DNA from: Kiritimatiellia bacterium | GTDB taxonomy: Bacteria; Verrucomicrobiota; Kiritimatiellia; CAIVKH01 | Direction: 5' to 3' | DNA length: 64,000 nucleotides | Assembly (NCBI GenBank): GCA_027493775.1 | Contig: JAOSKE010000002.1 | Location: forward strand, 407,435-471,434 | Part shown: in pieces, positions 39,667 through 50,344 of the stretch | Layout: every line of letters starts with the position of its first letter | Position numbering within the stretch: the stretch's first letter is position 1 | Notes under the pieces: model-generated | What the model saw: only the letters and a program-made list of their open reading frames with translations | Databases searched by the model: none | What the model was told of the DNA's origin: nothing | Made by a program: the position numbers and the translations under genes

Positions 39667-40086
39667 TTACAAGAATGAGCGCAAGACTTCGACGGCTTTT
39701 TTAGGTTTGTTGACATGCGCGACGATCAGGCTCTGCTCTGCGTCGGCGTCATCGGCAGAGTACGCATACTCCACATTAATTCCGGCCTTTGCCCAAACAT
39801 CAATCGCGCTTGCGAGTCCGCCCGGTTTGTTGGCCACCGTGAGCAAGACCACATCGGTCACGGAGATGATGTGTTTGGCCTGCTTCAACACCTCAACCGC
39901 TTCGTTGTGTTTGTCCACAATGATGCGGACGTAGCCGACGTCAATGCCTTCGGAGAGGGAGAGTGCGAGCATGTTAACGCCGTGCTTGCGTAGGGTGTTG
40001 ATCACTTCAGCAAGGGTGCCGGGGCGATTTTCCAAAAAGATGGAAATCTGTTTTCCCGGTTTCGCATTAAATAATTTATTTGTCAT
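39667..40086 (-). CDS. ACT domain-containing protein
   Basis: Tandem ACT-like pattern (ISIFLENRPGTLAEVINTL...); ATG 40086 preceded by GGGGAGGAG. Confidence 0.65.
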   Translation of the reverse strand: MTNKLFNAKPGKQISIFLENRPGTLAEVINTLRKHGVNMLALSLSEGIDVGYVRIIVDKHNEAVEVLKQAKHIISVTDVVLLTVANKPGGLASAIDVWAKAGINVEYAYSADDADAEQSLIVAHVNKPKKAVEVLRSFL

Positions 40087-40108
40087 TTTTCTTCTCCTCC
40101 CCAACCGA

Positions 40109-41329
40109 CTAGAATCGCAGCGCAGCCTTTTTCAACCGGCTCTCCAACTCCGCCAACACGCGGTCTTCGTCCGCCTCATCCTTTGCCTCAAACGTCGCGG
40201 AGAAACGCAGGAACGGACCCACGTCATCCCACGGCACGGTTGAGACCGATGCTTCGCGAATCAGGAATTGCGACGCGTCCTCGGCCGTATCAAACCGCGT
40301 ATCGCCCGTGCCGACCGGCGCGCGCACGTAGAGATAGAACGTGCCGCCCGGCATAGCGGCCTCGAAACCAACACAGTCGAGCACGTATACCATCTTTTCC
40401 AGTCGCCTGCGATAGTGTTCGCGAATGCTTTCGGAAAGCGTGATGTCTGCAATTCCGGCGCACGCGGCGTGTTGAATCGCCTTGAACTGACCTGAATCGC
40501 AGTTGTCTTTCACCTCCGCAAACGCTTTCACCGCCTTCTGCGAGCCAGCTACAAAACCGAGTCTCCACCCTGTCATATTGTAGCTCTTGCTCATCGAGTG
40601 CAGTTCAATCGCGGCATCTTTTCCACCGGGGCGGGAGAGAATGGAAATGCGGTCACCATAAATCAGCGTCGCATACGCGGCGTCTTGTACGATGAGGATG
40701 TTGTATTTGTTCGCAAAGGCAATCAGCTCATCGAAGAATTCAGCCGTCGGCGCGGCGCCGGTGGGGTTGTTCGGATAATTGACATAGAACAATTTCGCGC
40801 GCTGCGCGAGGGCGGGATCAATCGCCTTCAAGTCGGGGAAGAATCCGTTTTCCTGCTTGAGCGGGATCTTGACCACCTCGCCGCCAACATAGCGGGCGTG
40901 CGTCGCCATCACCGGATAGCCCGGAACGGTTTGAAAGACCACATCGCCGGGATTCACAAAGCACAGCGGCAACATCGCGAGAGCCGGCTTGGACCCGATG
41001 CTGTGATTGATCTCGGTGTCAGGATCCAGATCCGATACGCCGAAGAACTTCTTCATGTATTCCGCAGCGGCCAAGCGGAACTCGCGGATGCCGTTGTCGG
41101 AGTAGCCGCGGTTGGCGGGATCGTCCACCGCCTTCTTCAAGGCATCCCGGATCGCCGCCGGCGCAACCTTGTCCGGTTCACCCACGCCAAAGTCCAGCAA
41201 CTCAACACCAGGCCGCGCGGCGCGGGCGGCCGCCTTTGCCCGCTTAATTTTCTCAAACTTATAGATTTCGGTGCCGACGCCAAATTTGGCGCCGCCAATT
41301 CGTTCGGCAAAGAGTGATTGAATATCCAT
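40109..41329 (-). CDS. dapL: LL-diaminopimelate aminotransferase
   Basis: 406-aa class I aminotransferase with the DapL N-terminus (MDIQSLFAERIGGAKFGVGTEIYKFEKIKRAK...LDFGVGEPD) and PLP-lysine region SMSKSYNMTGWRLG. Confidence 0.8.
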   Translation of the reverse strand: MDIQSLFAERIGGAKFGVGTEIYKFEKIKRAKAAARAARPGVELLDFGVGEPDKVAPAAIRDALKKAVDDPANRGYSDNGIREFRLAAAEYMKKFFGVSDLDPDTEINHSIGSKPALAMLPLCFVNPGDVVFQTVPGYPVMATHARYVGGEVVKIPLKQENGFFPDLKAIDPALAQRAKLFYVNYPNNPTGAAPTAEFFDELIAFANKYNILIVQDAAYATLIYGDRISILSRPGGKDAAIELHSMSKSYNMTGWRLGFVAGSQKAVKAFAEVKDNCDSGQFKAIQHAACAGIADITLSESIREHYRRRLEKMVYVLDCVGFEAAMPGGTFYLYVRAPVGTGDTRFDTAEDASQFLIREASVSTVPWDDVGPFLRFSATFEAKDEADEDRVLAELESRLKKAALRF

Positions 41330-41422
41330 AGATAAACGGCCCTTAACAAGTGAGGCCGAACGTCCGGCTGCTCTTCGCCCGGCCGAACGCTGGCTTCATT
41401 CCAACAAGCTTCCGATCAATTC

Positions 41423-41880
41423 TTACGCATTAATGGCAATCATGGAGAAGACCATCACGAGTAGCGCAACCGTTTCCACGATGCCCAGCCCCATGAGATA
41501 ATTTCCAAAGCCCTTCCCCGTCTCCGCCTGCGAATCCGCTGCGGCAGCGCCAATCACGCCTTGGAACCAGGCGGAAAAGCCCATCGCCAGACCGCCGAAA
41601 ATACCGACGGCGATCAGCATCGGAAAGTCGCTCGGCGTCGCCTTGGCGACCTCGATCATCTTGTTCATCAAAATCATTCCGTAAATCGTCTGCGAGAGCG
41701 GGGCGCCAACGAAGGTTACAAGAATGAACGGCGCGGCTTTATTCTGCAAAAACACTTCTTCCACGCGCCCACCGCCGCGGCGCCGGCTGCACCGATTCCG
41801 ATTGCAGATCCTATCGCGCCAAAAGCCAACGCGCTCGCCGCACCAAATTTTCCCCAGCCGATCATCAGTTCAGGTGTCAT
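41423..41880 (-). CDS. atpK: V-type ATPase proteolipid subunit K; frameshifted near 41761
   Basis: N-terminal hairpin MTPELMIGWGKFGAASALAFGAIGSAIGIGAAGAAAVGAW (ATG 41880 after AAGGAG) is in one frame; the remainder (EEVFLQNKAAPFILV...LLVMVFSMIAINA) is ORF 41423-41764. Confidence 0.75.
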
Positions 41881-41905
41881 CGTTCAGTCTCCTTATAAAT
41901 TAATC

Positions 41906-43670
41906 TCAGTCTTCCGCCGTCTGCTCCGCGTCCAGCCGCCGGAAGGGTTTATATGCAAACCCCGCCCACGAAATGCCGCTGTGCGACGAGAACTCCAGCG
42001 TGATCAAACGCACGCCGTGCACCAGCACGCCCATAACGCAGAGCAATATATTCAGCGCATGTCCGGCAAAGAGGAGCAAGGCCGCAATCAAACCGGCCAC
42101 AATCCCCTTCACCCCGCCAGCAAGAATCATGGTGTTGAACGAGTTGGCAACCGTGTAACTCGCAGCGCCGACGGCAAAGAGACGGATGTAGGAAACAAGA
42201 TCCACGAAGTTGCTGACGAGGTTCAACGGAAGCATGACGTGATTGAACCACTCGCCCTTGAGGTCGCGTGGCGCGGTCATAAACAGCACAATCAGCACCA
42301 CACTCACAATAAACAGGGGAGCGAGCCAGCCCGGCATCGGCTGTCCCAACACGAAACTGCACGCGACAAAAAACATCGTCCAGGTGCTGCCGATCCAACC
42401 CAACTGCGCGAGCATTCGGGGGCTGTTCCAAATCCGCATTGCGTTCCACAGATGCGCCAGCGTGAGGTGAATGGCGCCCAAGAGGAAACTGAGAAACATG
42501 ATGTTGTTCCCGTCCTTCAACCAAGCGACTGTCATGTCGTTAAAGAAACGTCGGCAGCGCGCCCGCGCCGAACCAAGTGCCCGTTACAGTGCCCCAAAGC
42601 ACAGTGCAGAAACTCATAATATAGAGCAGGCGGAAGGGATAGGCGGGCGCTTTCGGCATCTTGCGCCGGGCCGCGAATGTCAGACCCATAAAAATCAATC
42701 CGTAGCCCGCATCGCCAACGATGATGGCGAAAAAGATGCTCAGAAAGAGCAAAAAGGCGGCGTTGGTATCAATCTCGCGATACCCCGGCAACACGCCCAT
42801 AAAATCGAGCACCGCCTTGATGGGTTGAACCCAGCGCGGATTTCGAATCAGTGTCGGCACCTCATCGCCTTCCGGCTCGGAAAGGACCAGACCCCAACCA
42901 TGGCGCGCTGCGGACGCGCGGAGCGCCTCGACGGAATCCGCCGGACAAAACCCACGCAAATACGCGAGGGAAGCTTCTGTGCCCATTCCTTCCCGCGCCT
43001 CCAGAAAGCGAACGGCATCTTCCGCGTCCAAGGCATACTTCTTCAGCAACCCTGCATCTCCCGCGCGTTGTTGCAATAGCTTTTCAGAGGCCGCGATCCG
43101 CGCATCGAGATCGCCGAGTCGCCGATCCAGTTCACTCAACGGCAATTCCGGCATCCGAAACTCATGCGCATCAAGCGAAATCGGCTCGCGGCCGATTGCG
43201 GCAAAATACACACCGCTCTTGTCTTCACGCAAAATCTGAATAGCCACCCCGTCCGGCGCATCCACGCGATGGCCAGCATTCGCGTGGAACAGGCGCACGT
43301 GAACGCCCTTCTTCGCCAGCGCTGCAATGGCCTGTGGATCAAATGTTCCGTACGGCGCGAGGCGGGCGCGCTCCTGCAAAAGCGACTCCCTTTCCTCGCG
43401 GCATTTTCGCGTCTCGTCGAGCACGCCCAAAATCCGTTCCACCATCAAATCGGCCGGTTCGCCGGACGAGGCCGTTCCCTCGTTTTCCGGAAGCGCATCC
43501 AACGCGCGCTTAACATTCGTACGTCGCGCGCGCGCCTGCTCGACATCCTTCCCCTCCGGTGCGCGCACCGAAACCAAATGCAACACGCCCCATTCACGCA
43601 GCGCTTCCAGCGTCGCTTCGCGTTCCGACGCGAGGCACAACAGGGTGAGGCTCTTCATCGGAACAATCAT
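41906..43670 (-). CDS. atpI: V-type ATPase subunit I; frameshifted at 42538-42541
   Basis: N-terminal soluble domain (ORF 42540-43670) and C-terminal membrane domain (ORF 41906-42535) are in adjacent frames; the junction ...GALPTFL/NDMTVAWLKD lies at a T-run. Confidence 0.8.
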
Positions 43671-44266
43671 GCCCCGACCTCCACCGACTTGCTCTTTGCA
43701 ATCTTCGCGCGCGCGACTTCCGCCACCTGCGCGTCGCCGATAAAAATACGGATGATTCGGATGTTCGATTGCGCCTCAGGAATCTTCACCTTCTCAAACA
43801 GGTTCACCCGCTGCGAGGTGGTTCGCAATTCTTCGCCCAATAAGCGGTGCTGTTCGGCGAGAATTTCATGTTCCACGCGAAGGCCGACCAATTGCTCGAC
43901 AGCCGCACGCCCGTCATCCACCCAGGCGTCCGTCGCGAGCAAATCCATCTTCACCGCCTCAAAGCTCACTTCCTGCAAAACCGGGATGTTCACGCCGGCG
44001 ATGTTCCCGCTGCCCGTCTTCACCGCCTTCAATCGCACCCACGCCGACAAATCCACCGGCTCGGCAAACAGGCGCACCCACGAGCGCATGCCCCGTTGCA
44101 AGCGCTCCATCTCGCCGCGCACTTCATCCATCCGCTGCTCAAGCTGTCGCATCTCCATCTGCAACTGCTGTTTTTTGAGCAGCAGCGTCGGGAGATAGCG
44201 CTTGAAGCGCCGCAGTGCATCGCGCTGCGCCTTTAGCTCGTTCTTGGTATGCTTGATCTTCGCCAC
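43667..44266 (-). CDS. atpD: V-type ATPase subunit D
   Basis: MAKIKHTKNELKAQRDALRRFKRYLPTLLLKKQQLQ... typical subunit D coiled-coil. Confidence 0.85.
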   Translation of the reverse strand: MAKIKHTKNELKAQRDALRRFKRYLPTLLLKKQQLQMEMRQLEQRMDEVRGEMERLQRGMRSWVRLFAEPVDLSAWVRLKAVKTGSGNIAGVNIPVLQEVSFEAVKMDLLATDAWVDDGRAAVEQLVGLRVEHEILAEQHRLLGEELRTTSQRVNLFEKVKIPEAQSNIRIIRIFIGDAQVAEVARAKIAKSKSVEVGA

Positions 44267-44282
44267 GGATTCGCTCTTTGGA

Positions 44283-45588
44283 TCAACCCTCGGATTTTTT
44301 CGGCCAGTATTGGTCCGTCATCTTGCCAGGAATACCGGTCTCCGTCGGCTCAAAGCAGTCCGCAAGGATGTGCCAGCCGAGGTCGAGCGCCTTTTCCAAC
44401 GGAATATTCACGCTCAGATCCATCATCTCGCGCTCAAAGCGCGCGCCGTACTTGAGCAACTTCTGATCCCACGCGCTCATCCGGAAACCCATCGCCTGCT
44501 TCTCCAGTGTTTCGCGATAGGACGCATAAAGCTGAATCATCGAGTTCATAATCGTGCGGTGATCCGCGCGCGTCTTGTCGTTCACCAACTGCTTCAGACG
44601 ACTGAGCGAACCGAACGGCTCGATGCGTCCGTTGCGCAGATAGAACTGCCCCTCGGTAATGTAGCCCGTATTGTCCGGCACCGGGTGCGTGACGTCATCG
44701 CCCGGCATCGTGGTCACCGCGAGAATGGTAATAGATCCGGCCGTATCGAAATCCACCGCCTTCTCGTAGCGCGCAGCCAACTGGCTATAGAGGTCACCCG
44801 GATAGCCGCGGTTCGACGGAATCTGCTCCATCGTAATCGCGATTTCCTTCATCGCGTCGGAGAAGTTTGTCATATCGGTCAGCAACACAAGCACGCGCTT
44901 GCTCTGCAGCGCAAACTGCTCCGCGACGGCAAGCGCAATGTCCGGCACCATCAAACACTCCACCGTTGGATCCGCAGCCGTGTGAACGAACAACACCGAG
45001 CGCGCCAACGCGCCCTGCTTTTCGAGCGTGTCGCGGAAATACAAATAATCGTCGTGCTTCAGCCCCATGCCGCCGAGAATGATGATGTCCACTTCTGCTT
45101 GCAGCGCGATGCGCGCAAGCAACGGGTTATACGGCTCACCCGCGACCGAAAAAATCGGGAGTTTCTGCGACTCGACGAGCGTGTTGAACACGTCAATCAT
45201 CGGCAGCCCCGTGCGCACCATGTTTCGCGGAATAATACGCTTCGCCGGATTGACGGACGGGCCGCCAATGGCGGTCATATTTTCTTCAATCGTCGGGCCG
45301 CGATCGCGCGGCTGACCAGAGCCGGTAAAGATGCGGCCCAACAACGCATCGGAAAACGGGACTTCCATCGGATGTCCGAGAAAACGCACCTGCGCATCCG
45401 TCGTGATGCCGCGACTGCCCGCGAACACCTGCAAGTACACGCGCTCGCCCTCGAGTCGAATCACCTGCGCCAACGAGGACCCCGTGTTCGGAGGTGACCT
45501 GCGCCAATTCGCGATAGCCGATTCCTTCCGCGCGCACCACAATGACGTTGCCCGCGATCTGTTCGATTTGTTGATACGTCTTATGCAT
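44283..45588 (-). CDS. atpB: V-type ATPase subunit B; frameshifted at G4/C4 run 45480-45483
   Basis: N-terminus [35 protein letters not shown] (ORF 45286-45588) and the rest ([26 protein letters not shown]... with the nucleotide-binding region) in ORF 44283-45542. Confidence 0.8.
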
Positions 45589-47317
45589 GAGCCGTCACCT
45601 CCGCGAGCATGTCTTCCGCGCGGCTTTCGAGCGTTTTGAATTCGGCGCCGTCCTGCGGCGTGCGGTTCCAGTCCTTTGTGAGCTGTGTCAGCTTTTGGAA
45701 AAATTGCCGTGCGGCATCCTTTTCTTCAAACGTCATCTGCATCTTGAGAACATCGTGAATGTGGTTGAACATATACTTTTGACGATCCGCTGACGTCGCA
45801 GCGTCCACATCGTGATACGCATCCTGCTGCAGATAGACCGAATCGAGATACTCCGCCTTCAGGTACACGACAAAGTCGTCAATGGATGTCCCCTCTTCGC
45901 CGACGACCTTCATCATCTGATTCACTTCACTTCCGCGCCGCAACGTGGAACGCGCAAACACGACTTGATCTTCCGGCACAACACCGTCGTACTTGCTCCA
46001 GGAATCCAGCGGCTGAATCGCCGGGAACCGGCGCGCATCCGAGCGTTCGCGCGACAACCCATGAAACGCGCCGACGACCTTCAGCGTGCTTTGCGTGACC
46101 GGCTCTTCAAAGTTGCCGCCCGCCGGACTCACCGTTCCTCCGATGGTGACCGACCCCGTCGATCCGTCGCGCAATCGCACCACGCCACCGCGCTCGTAGA
46201 ACGCGGCGATAACCGATTCGAGGTACGCAGGGAACGCTTCTTCACCCGGAATTTCTTCCAAGCGCCCGGACATTTCGCGCAGCGCCTGCGCCCAACGCGA
46301 CGTGGAGTCGGCCAGCAGCAGCACGTTGAGGCCCATCTGGCGGTAGTACTCCGCCAGCGTCACGCCCGTGTACACCGACGCCTCGCGCGCAGCGACGGGC
46401 ATCGAGCTGGTATTACAAATAATCAGCGTGCGCTCCATCAAACTGCGGCCCGTGCGCGGATCCTCCAAGTGCGGAAATTCGCGCAAGGTTTCCACCACCT
46501 CACCCGCGCGTTCGCCGCAGGCGGTGATAATGACGATGTCCACATCCGCGTGGCGACTCGTGATCTGCTGCAAAACCGTCTTGCCGGCGCCGAACGGACC
46601 GGGGATGCAATAGGTGCCGCCGCGCGATACCGGGAAGAATGTGTCTACAATGCGAACCTTCGTGACGAGCGGTTCCGTGGGACGCAAACGCTCCGTGTAC
46701 ACTTTGATCGGCAGCTTCACCGGCCAGCGCTGCATCATCGAAACGGAAATCGCGCGCCCCTGCTCGCCCTTCAATGTCGCAATGCCCTCCTCCACCGTGC
46801 GCTCGCCCGCGCCGACGATGGTCTCCACCGTGAACGTTCCGCGCAGCCGGAACGGGACCATGATTCGGTGTTCAAAAATGCCTTCGGGCACCGTTCCCAG
46901 CGTATCGCCCGCCTGCACAACATCACCCACCTTCACCTTGGGCGTGAAGGCCCATTTCGTGTTGCGATCCAACGCGGAAAGATACTTTCCGCGCTGTAGA
47001 AAAAAGCCGCTCTCCTCCGCCAACTCGGGCAGCGGGTTTTGCAAGCCGTCATAAATGGCGCCGAGCAGACCGGGGCCCAATTCAACGCTCAGCAGTTCGC
47101 CGGTGAAATCCACCGCATCGCCCACGCGCAAATCGCCCGTGTCTTCGAACACTTGCAGCTCTGCGATGTTGCCGCGAATTCGAATCACCTCCGCCTTCAA
47201 GCGAAGGTCGCCACTCATCGCATAGGCCACCTCGTTTTGCGCAACTGGCGAAAAGAATTCAACGCGAAGCAGGTTTCCGTTGATCCCTGTAATTTTACCC
47301 TGATGTGTCGTTTCCAT
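45581..47317 (-). CDS. atpA: V-type ATPase catalytic subunit A
   Basis: 578 aa with the Walker A motif GPFGAGKT and typical A-subunit N-terminal barrel; apparently intact. Confidence 0.9.
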   Translation of the reverse strand: METTHQGKITGINGNLLRVEFFSPVAQNEVAYAMSGDLRLKAEVIRIRGNIAELQVFEDTGDLRVGDAVDFTGELLSVELGPGLLGAIYDGLQNPLPELAEESGFFLQRGKYLSALDRNTKWAFTPKVKVGDVVQAGDTLGTVPEGIFEHRIMVPFRLRGTFTVETIVGAGERTVEEGIATLKGEQGRAISVSMMQRWPVKLPIKVYTERLRPTEPLVTKVRIVDTFFPVSRGGTYCIPGPFGAGKTVLQQITSRHADVDIVIITACGERAGEVVETLREFPHLEDPRTGRSLMERTLIICNTSSMPVAAREASVYTGVTLAEYYRQMGLNVLLLADSTSRWAQALREMSGRLEEIPGEEAFPAYLESVIAAFYERGGVVRLRDGSTGSVTIGGTVSPAGGNFEEPVTQSTLKVVGAFHGLSRERSDARRFPAIQPLDSWSKYDGVVPEDQVVFARSTLRRGSEVNQMMKVVGEEGTSIDDFVVYLKAEYLDSVYLQQDAYHDVDAATSADRQKYMFNHIHDVLKMQMTFEEKDAARQFFQKLTQLTKDWNRTPQDGAEFKTLESRAEDMLAEVTAHA

Positions 47318-47328
47318 CCGTTTCGTTC

Positions 47329-47878
47329 CTATTCGTTAACCGATGCCGTCGCCGATGCGCGAACGCGCGTCACCGTCTCTTCCAAGCGCGAATAACCGGA
47401 CTCCTCCGTCAGTCGCGCCCAGCGATGAAGCATGCTCAATTTCACTGCGTACGCAAATACGTACGGCTTGCCAAAAGGCGTCGTGCGCGCCCAGTCATCC
47501 AACAACGCCCAGCGAGAGCGATCCAACGACTGCTCGCGCTCAAGAGGATTCGATTTTGCCGTCGCCTCAACCACGGCGCGCTCCGCCTCGCTGCTAAACG
47601 GGACGCCGGCGTTCTGATACTCGCCCGCATCCACGCCCAGCTTCGCCAGCGCGCGCGCGCGCAAGCGCCAGGCCCAATTGTCGCTCCGCCAGCAACCAGC
47701 GCCGCACAAAGCGGTCTGTCACGGCGGCGCCGCTCGTTCCCAGAAGAATCTCCAACTGATCGCCGAACTCATCCCCTACGATGCGCCGGGCATCCGCCGA
47801 AAACGCCTCCATCGTCATGGGCGGCTCCCCCGTGAACGATAGGGTCGGCAAACTGGCCACAAAGTAGTAGAGGCTCAT
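47329..47878 (-). CDS. hypothetical protein in the V-type ATPase operon; frameshifted in (GC)7 repeat 47649-47662
   Basis: ORF 47594-47878 (MSLYYFVASLPTLSF...LGLALARARA) and ORF 47329-47709 (...LAKLGVDAGEYQ...) join across a GC-dinucleotide repeat. Its position between atpE and atpA matches the Chlamydia-type operon. Confidence 0.55.
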
Positions 47879-47880
47879 GG

Positions 47881-48504
47881 CTACCCATTCTCGCGCGCGG
47901 CCTGATAAACGATCGCGGCGAGGTGTGGACGCAGAAAACTCGAAAGCGCCTCCGCAATCGCCTCATTGGTAAAGCTGTGTTCAATGCGGCCATTCGCGAG
48001 CTTCACGTTGAAACCCTTCAAGATGCGCTCGTCGCCTTTCACTTCGAGGCCCTTGCCCAACTGCTCGCGGTACTTCGATTTGAAGAACGCGACCAATCGC
48101 TCCTGGTCCTTCGGGTTGACCATCACTTCGATCCGATGCTCGCGATCCGGTCGGGACCAGTACGATTCGACGAGCTTCTCCAACATCGTCTGTACCGTCT
48201 CGTACGTCAGCGAGGCGTCGGACGCCTCTTTCGCGAGACGACCGACGATGTTCTCTACGCCCCGCCCGACCGTGATCAACAAATCGCGCGATGCCTGCCG
48301 GAGTGTTTGCTGGCTGCGCGCCGTGAATTGCTCCGCGTCGCGCTCGGCCTTTTCCCGATACTCTTTTGCCTGCTTCTCCGCCTCCGCGACAATCTCTGCG
48401 GCTTGCCTCTTCGCCTTCGCGACGAGATCCGCTGCCTGCTTTTCGCCGGTGTCCACGGCCTCGCGCTGGATGCGCTCGATCAGATGTTGCAATTCTTCAG
48501 CCAT
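47881..48504 (-). CDS. atpE: V-type ATPase subunit E
   Basis: MAEELQHLIERIQREAVDTGEKQAADLVAKAKRQAAEI...; ATG 48504 with AAGGAG 9 nt upstream. Confidence 0.8.
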   Translation of the reverse strand: MAEELQHLIERIQREAVDTGEKQAADLVAKAKRQAAEIVAEAEKQAKEYREKAERDAEQFTARSQQTLRQASRDLLITVGRGVENIVGRLAKEASDASLTYETVQTMLEKLVESYWSRPDREHRIEVMVNPKDQERLVAFFKSKYREQLGKGLEVKGDERILKGFNVKLANGRIEHSFTNEAIAEALSSFLRPHLAAIVYQAARENG

Positions 48505-48592
48505 TGACGACCACTCCTTAATCTTGTCGCCATACCCTTTTCGAATAAAGGGCATCCCGACGTGAAAGACACGGGTGTTATAGGCAAGGATA

Positions 48593-48610
48593 TGGCAATT
48601 GAAAAGCCAA
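48593..48610 (-). promoter_or_regulatory. possible sigma-54-like or palindromic element upstream of the V-type ATPase operon
   Basis: Minus strand reads TTGGCTTTTCAATTGCCA: GG and GC at -24/-12 spacing but a weak -24 box (TGGCTT); also TGGC...GCCA inverted ends. About 90 nt upstream of the atpE ATG. Confidence 0.25.
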
Positions 48611-48663
48611 ACTCGCTCTGATCAAAAATAGGGTTTTCCCCGTAGAAAGCAGTTTATCCGCTT

Positions 48664-50344
48664 TTACGGAACCCTGAAGTTTGCGGTCAACTCAACGACC
48701 TCTTTTCCGACGGCCTCTATGACCGATTCGTTTTGCGGGTCGTTGAGCACGCGCGAAATGAATCCCGCAATACGGGCCATTTCCTTTTCCTTCATTCCGC
48801 GCGTGGTCAACGCGGGAGTGCCGAGACGAATGCCCGAAGTGACAAAGGCGCTCTTGGTATCGAACGGAATCGTGTTTTTATTGACCGTGATGTTCGCCCT
48901 ATCCAGCGCTACCGCCGCGTCCTTTCCGCTAAGCCCCGCAGCGCCGACATCCACGAGCATCAGGTGATTGTCCGTGCCACTGGAGCAAATCCGGAAGCCT
49001 GCATCCATCATCCCCTTCGCCAAGGCCCGCGCATTGGCAACGATCTGTTTCGCGTAGTCCGCGAACGACGGCTGCAGTGCCTCGCCAAAGCAAATCGCCT
49101 TCGCAGCAATAATATGCATCAGCGGCCCGCCCTGAATGCCGGGGAATACCTGCTTATCGAGATCTGCCGCAAATTTTTCGCGGCACAAAATCAAGCCACC
49201 GCGCGGGCCGCGCAGCGTCTTGTGCGTCGTCGAGGTGACAAAGTCGGAATAGGGAACCGGAGCTCGGATGCGCACCGCCCGCGACCAACCCCGCGATGTG
49301 CGCCATATCCACCATCAGCAACGCGCCGACACTGTCCGCAATCTCGCGGAAACGCTTGAAGTCAATGATGCGGGAATAGGCGCTCGCGCCGGAGGTGATT
49401 AGTTTCGGACGATGCTCCTTCGCAAGACGCTCGATCTCGTCGTAGTCAATCTGCTCCGTGTCCTGCCGCACGCCGTACGGAATCACCTTATAGTAACGGC
49501 CCGAAAAGTTCATCGGGTGACCGTGGGTCAGGTGTCCGCCATGCGAGAGATTCATCGCGAGAATCGTGTCGCCCGGTTGCAGCACTGAAAAATAAACCGC
49601 CATATTGGCCTGACTGCCGCTGTGCGTCTGCACATTCGCGTGCTCCGCGCCGAACAACTGCGTCACGCGGTCAATTGCAAGCTGCTCCGCTTTGTCCACA
49701 CACTCGCAGCCGCCGTACCAGCGCTTCTTGGGATAACCCTCGGCGTACTTGTTCGTCATATTGCAGCCAGCAGCCTGACGAATCGCGCGGCTCGTGTAGT
49801 TTTCGGAAGCAATCAGCTCCAAATTCCGGCGCTGCCGAACGCCCTCTTCCGTAATCGCTTCGAAGATCGGTGAATCGTGCTTGGCGATGGAGTCCAATCC
49901 CCCGGCAATGTTGCTCGATTGTTCAATCTTTTCGATGCGGCGAACGTGGCGGCCGCCCTCAAATTCTGTCGCAAACCACTTCTCTAAAATTGCGGGAATC
50001 TCCGCAGTCGGCGTCGTCGCCGCACCAAAGACGATGATATTTGCATTGTTGTGCAAACGTGCAAGTCGTGCCATTTCGGGCGAAACGATCAAAGCGGCGC
50101 GAATGCCGGGATAACGGTTCGCAGTGATGCTCATCCCCACGCCGGTCTTGCAGATCAACAAGCCCTGATCAAATTCGTGATCCGCAACGCGACGCGCAAC
50201 GACGCTCGCGTAGTCAGGATAGTCCACCGACTCCGGCCCAAAAGCGCCGATGTCCTCAACCTCAACGCCACGCTTTGTGAGCAGGTCCTTAACCAACGCC
50301 TTCATCTCCACGCCGCCGTGGTCGGAACCAATAATCATCTTCAT
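48664..50344 (-). CDS. glyA: ribose-5-phosphate isomerase B fused to serine hydroxymethyltransferase; frameshifted near 49264
   Basis: Residues 1-145 are RpiB ([11 protein letters not shown]...[15 protein letters not shown]...[13 protein letters not shown]), running without stop into SHMT ([11 protein letters not shown]...[11 protein letters not shown]). The SHMT C-terminus ([25 protein letters not shown]...) is in the frame of ORF 48664-49275. Confidence 0.75.

Noticed and set aside
45812-46999. 395-aa plus-strand ORF
   Set aside because: Antisense to the intact atpA gene; Arg-rich nonsense translation.
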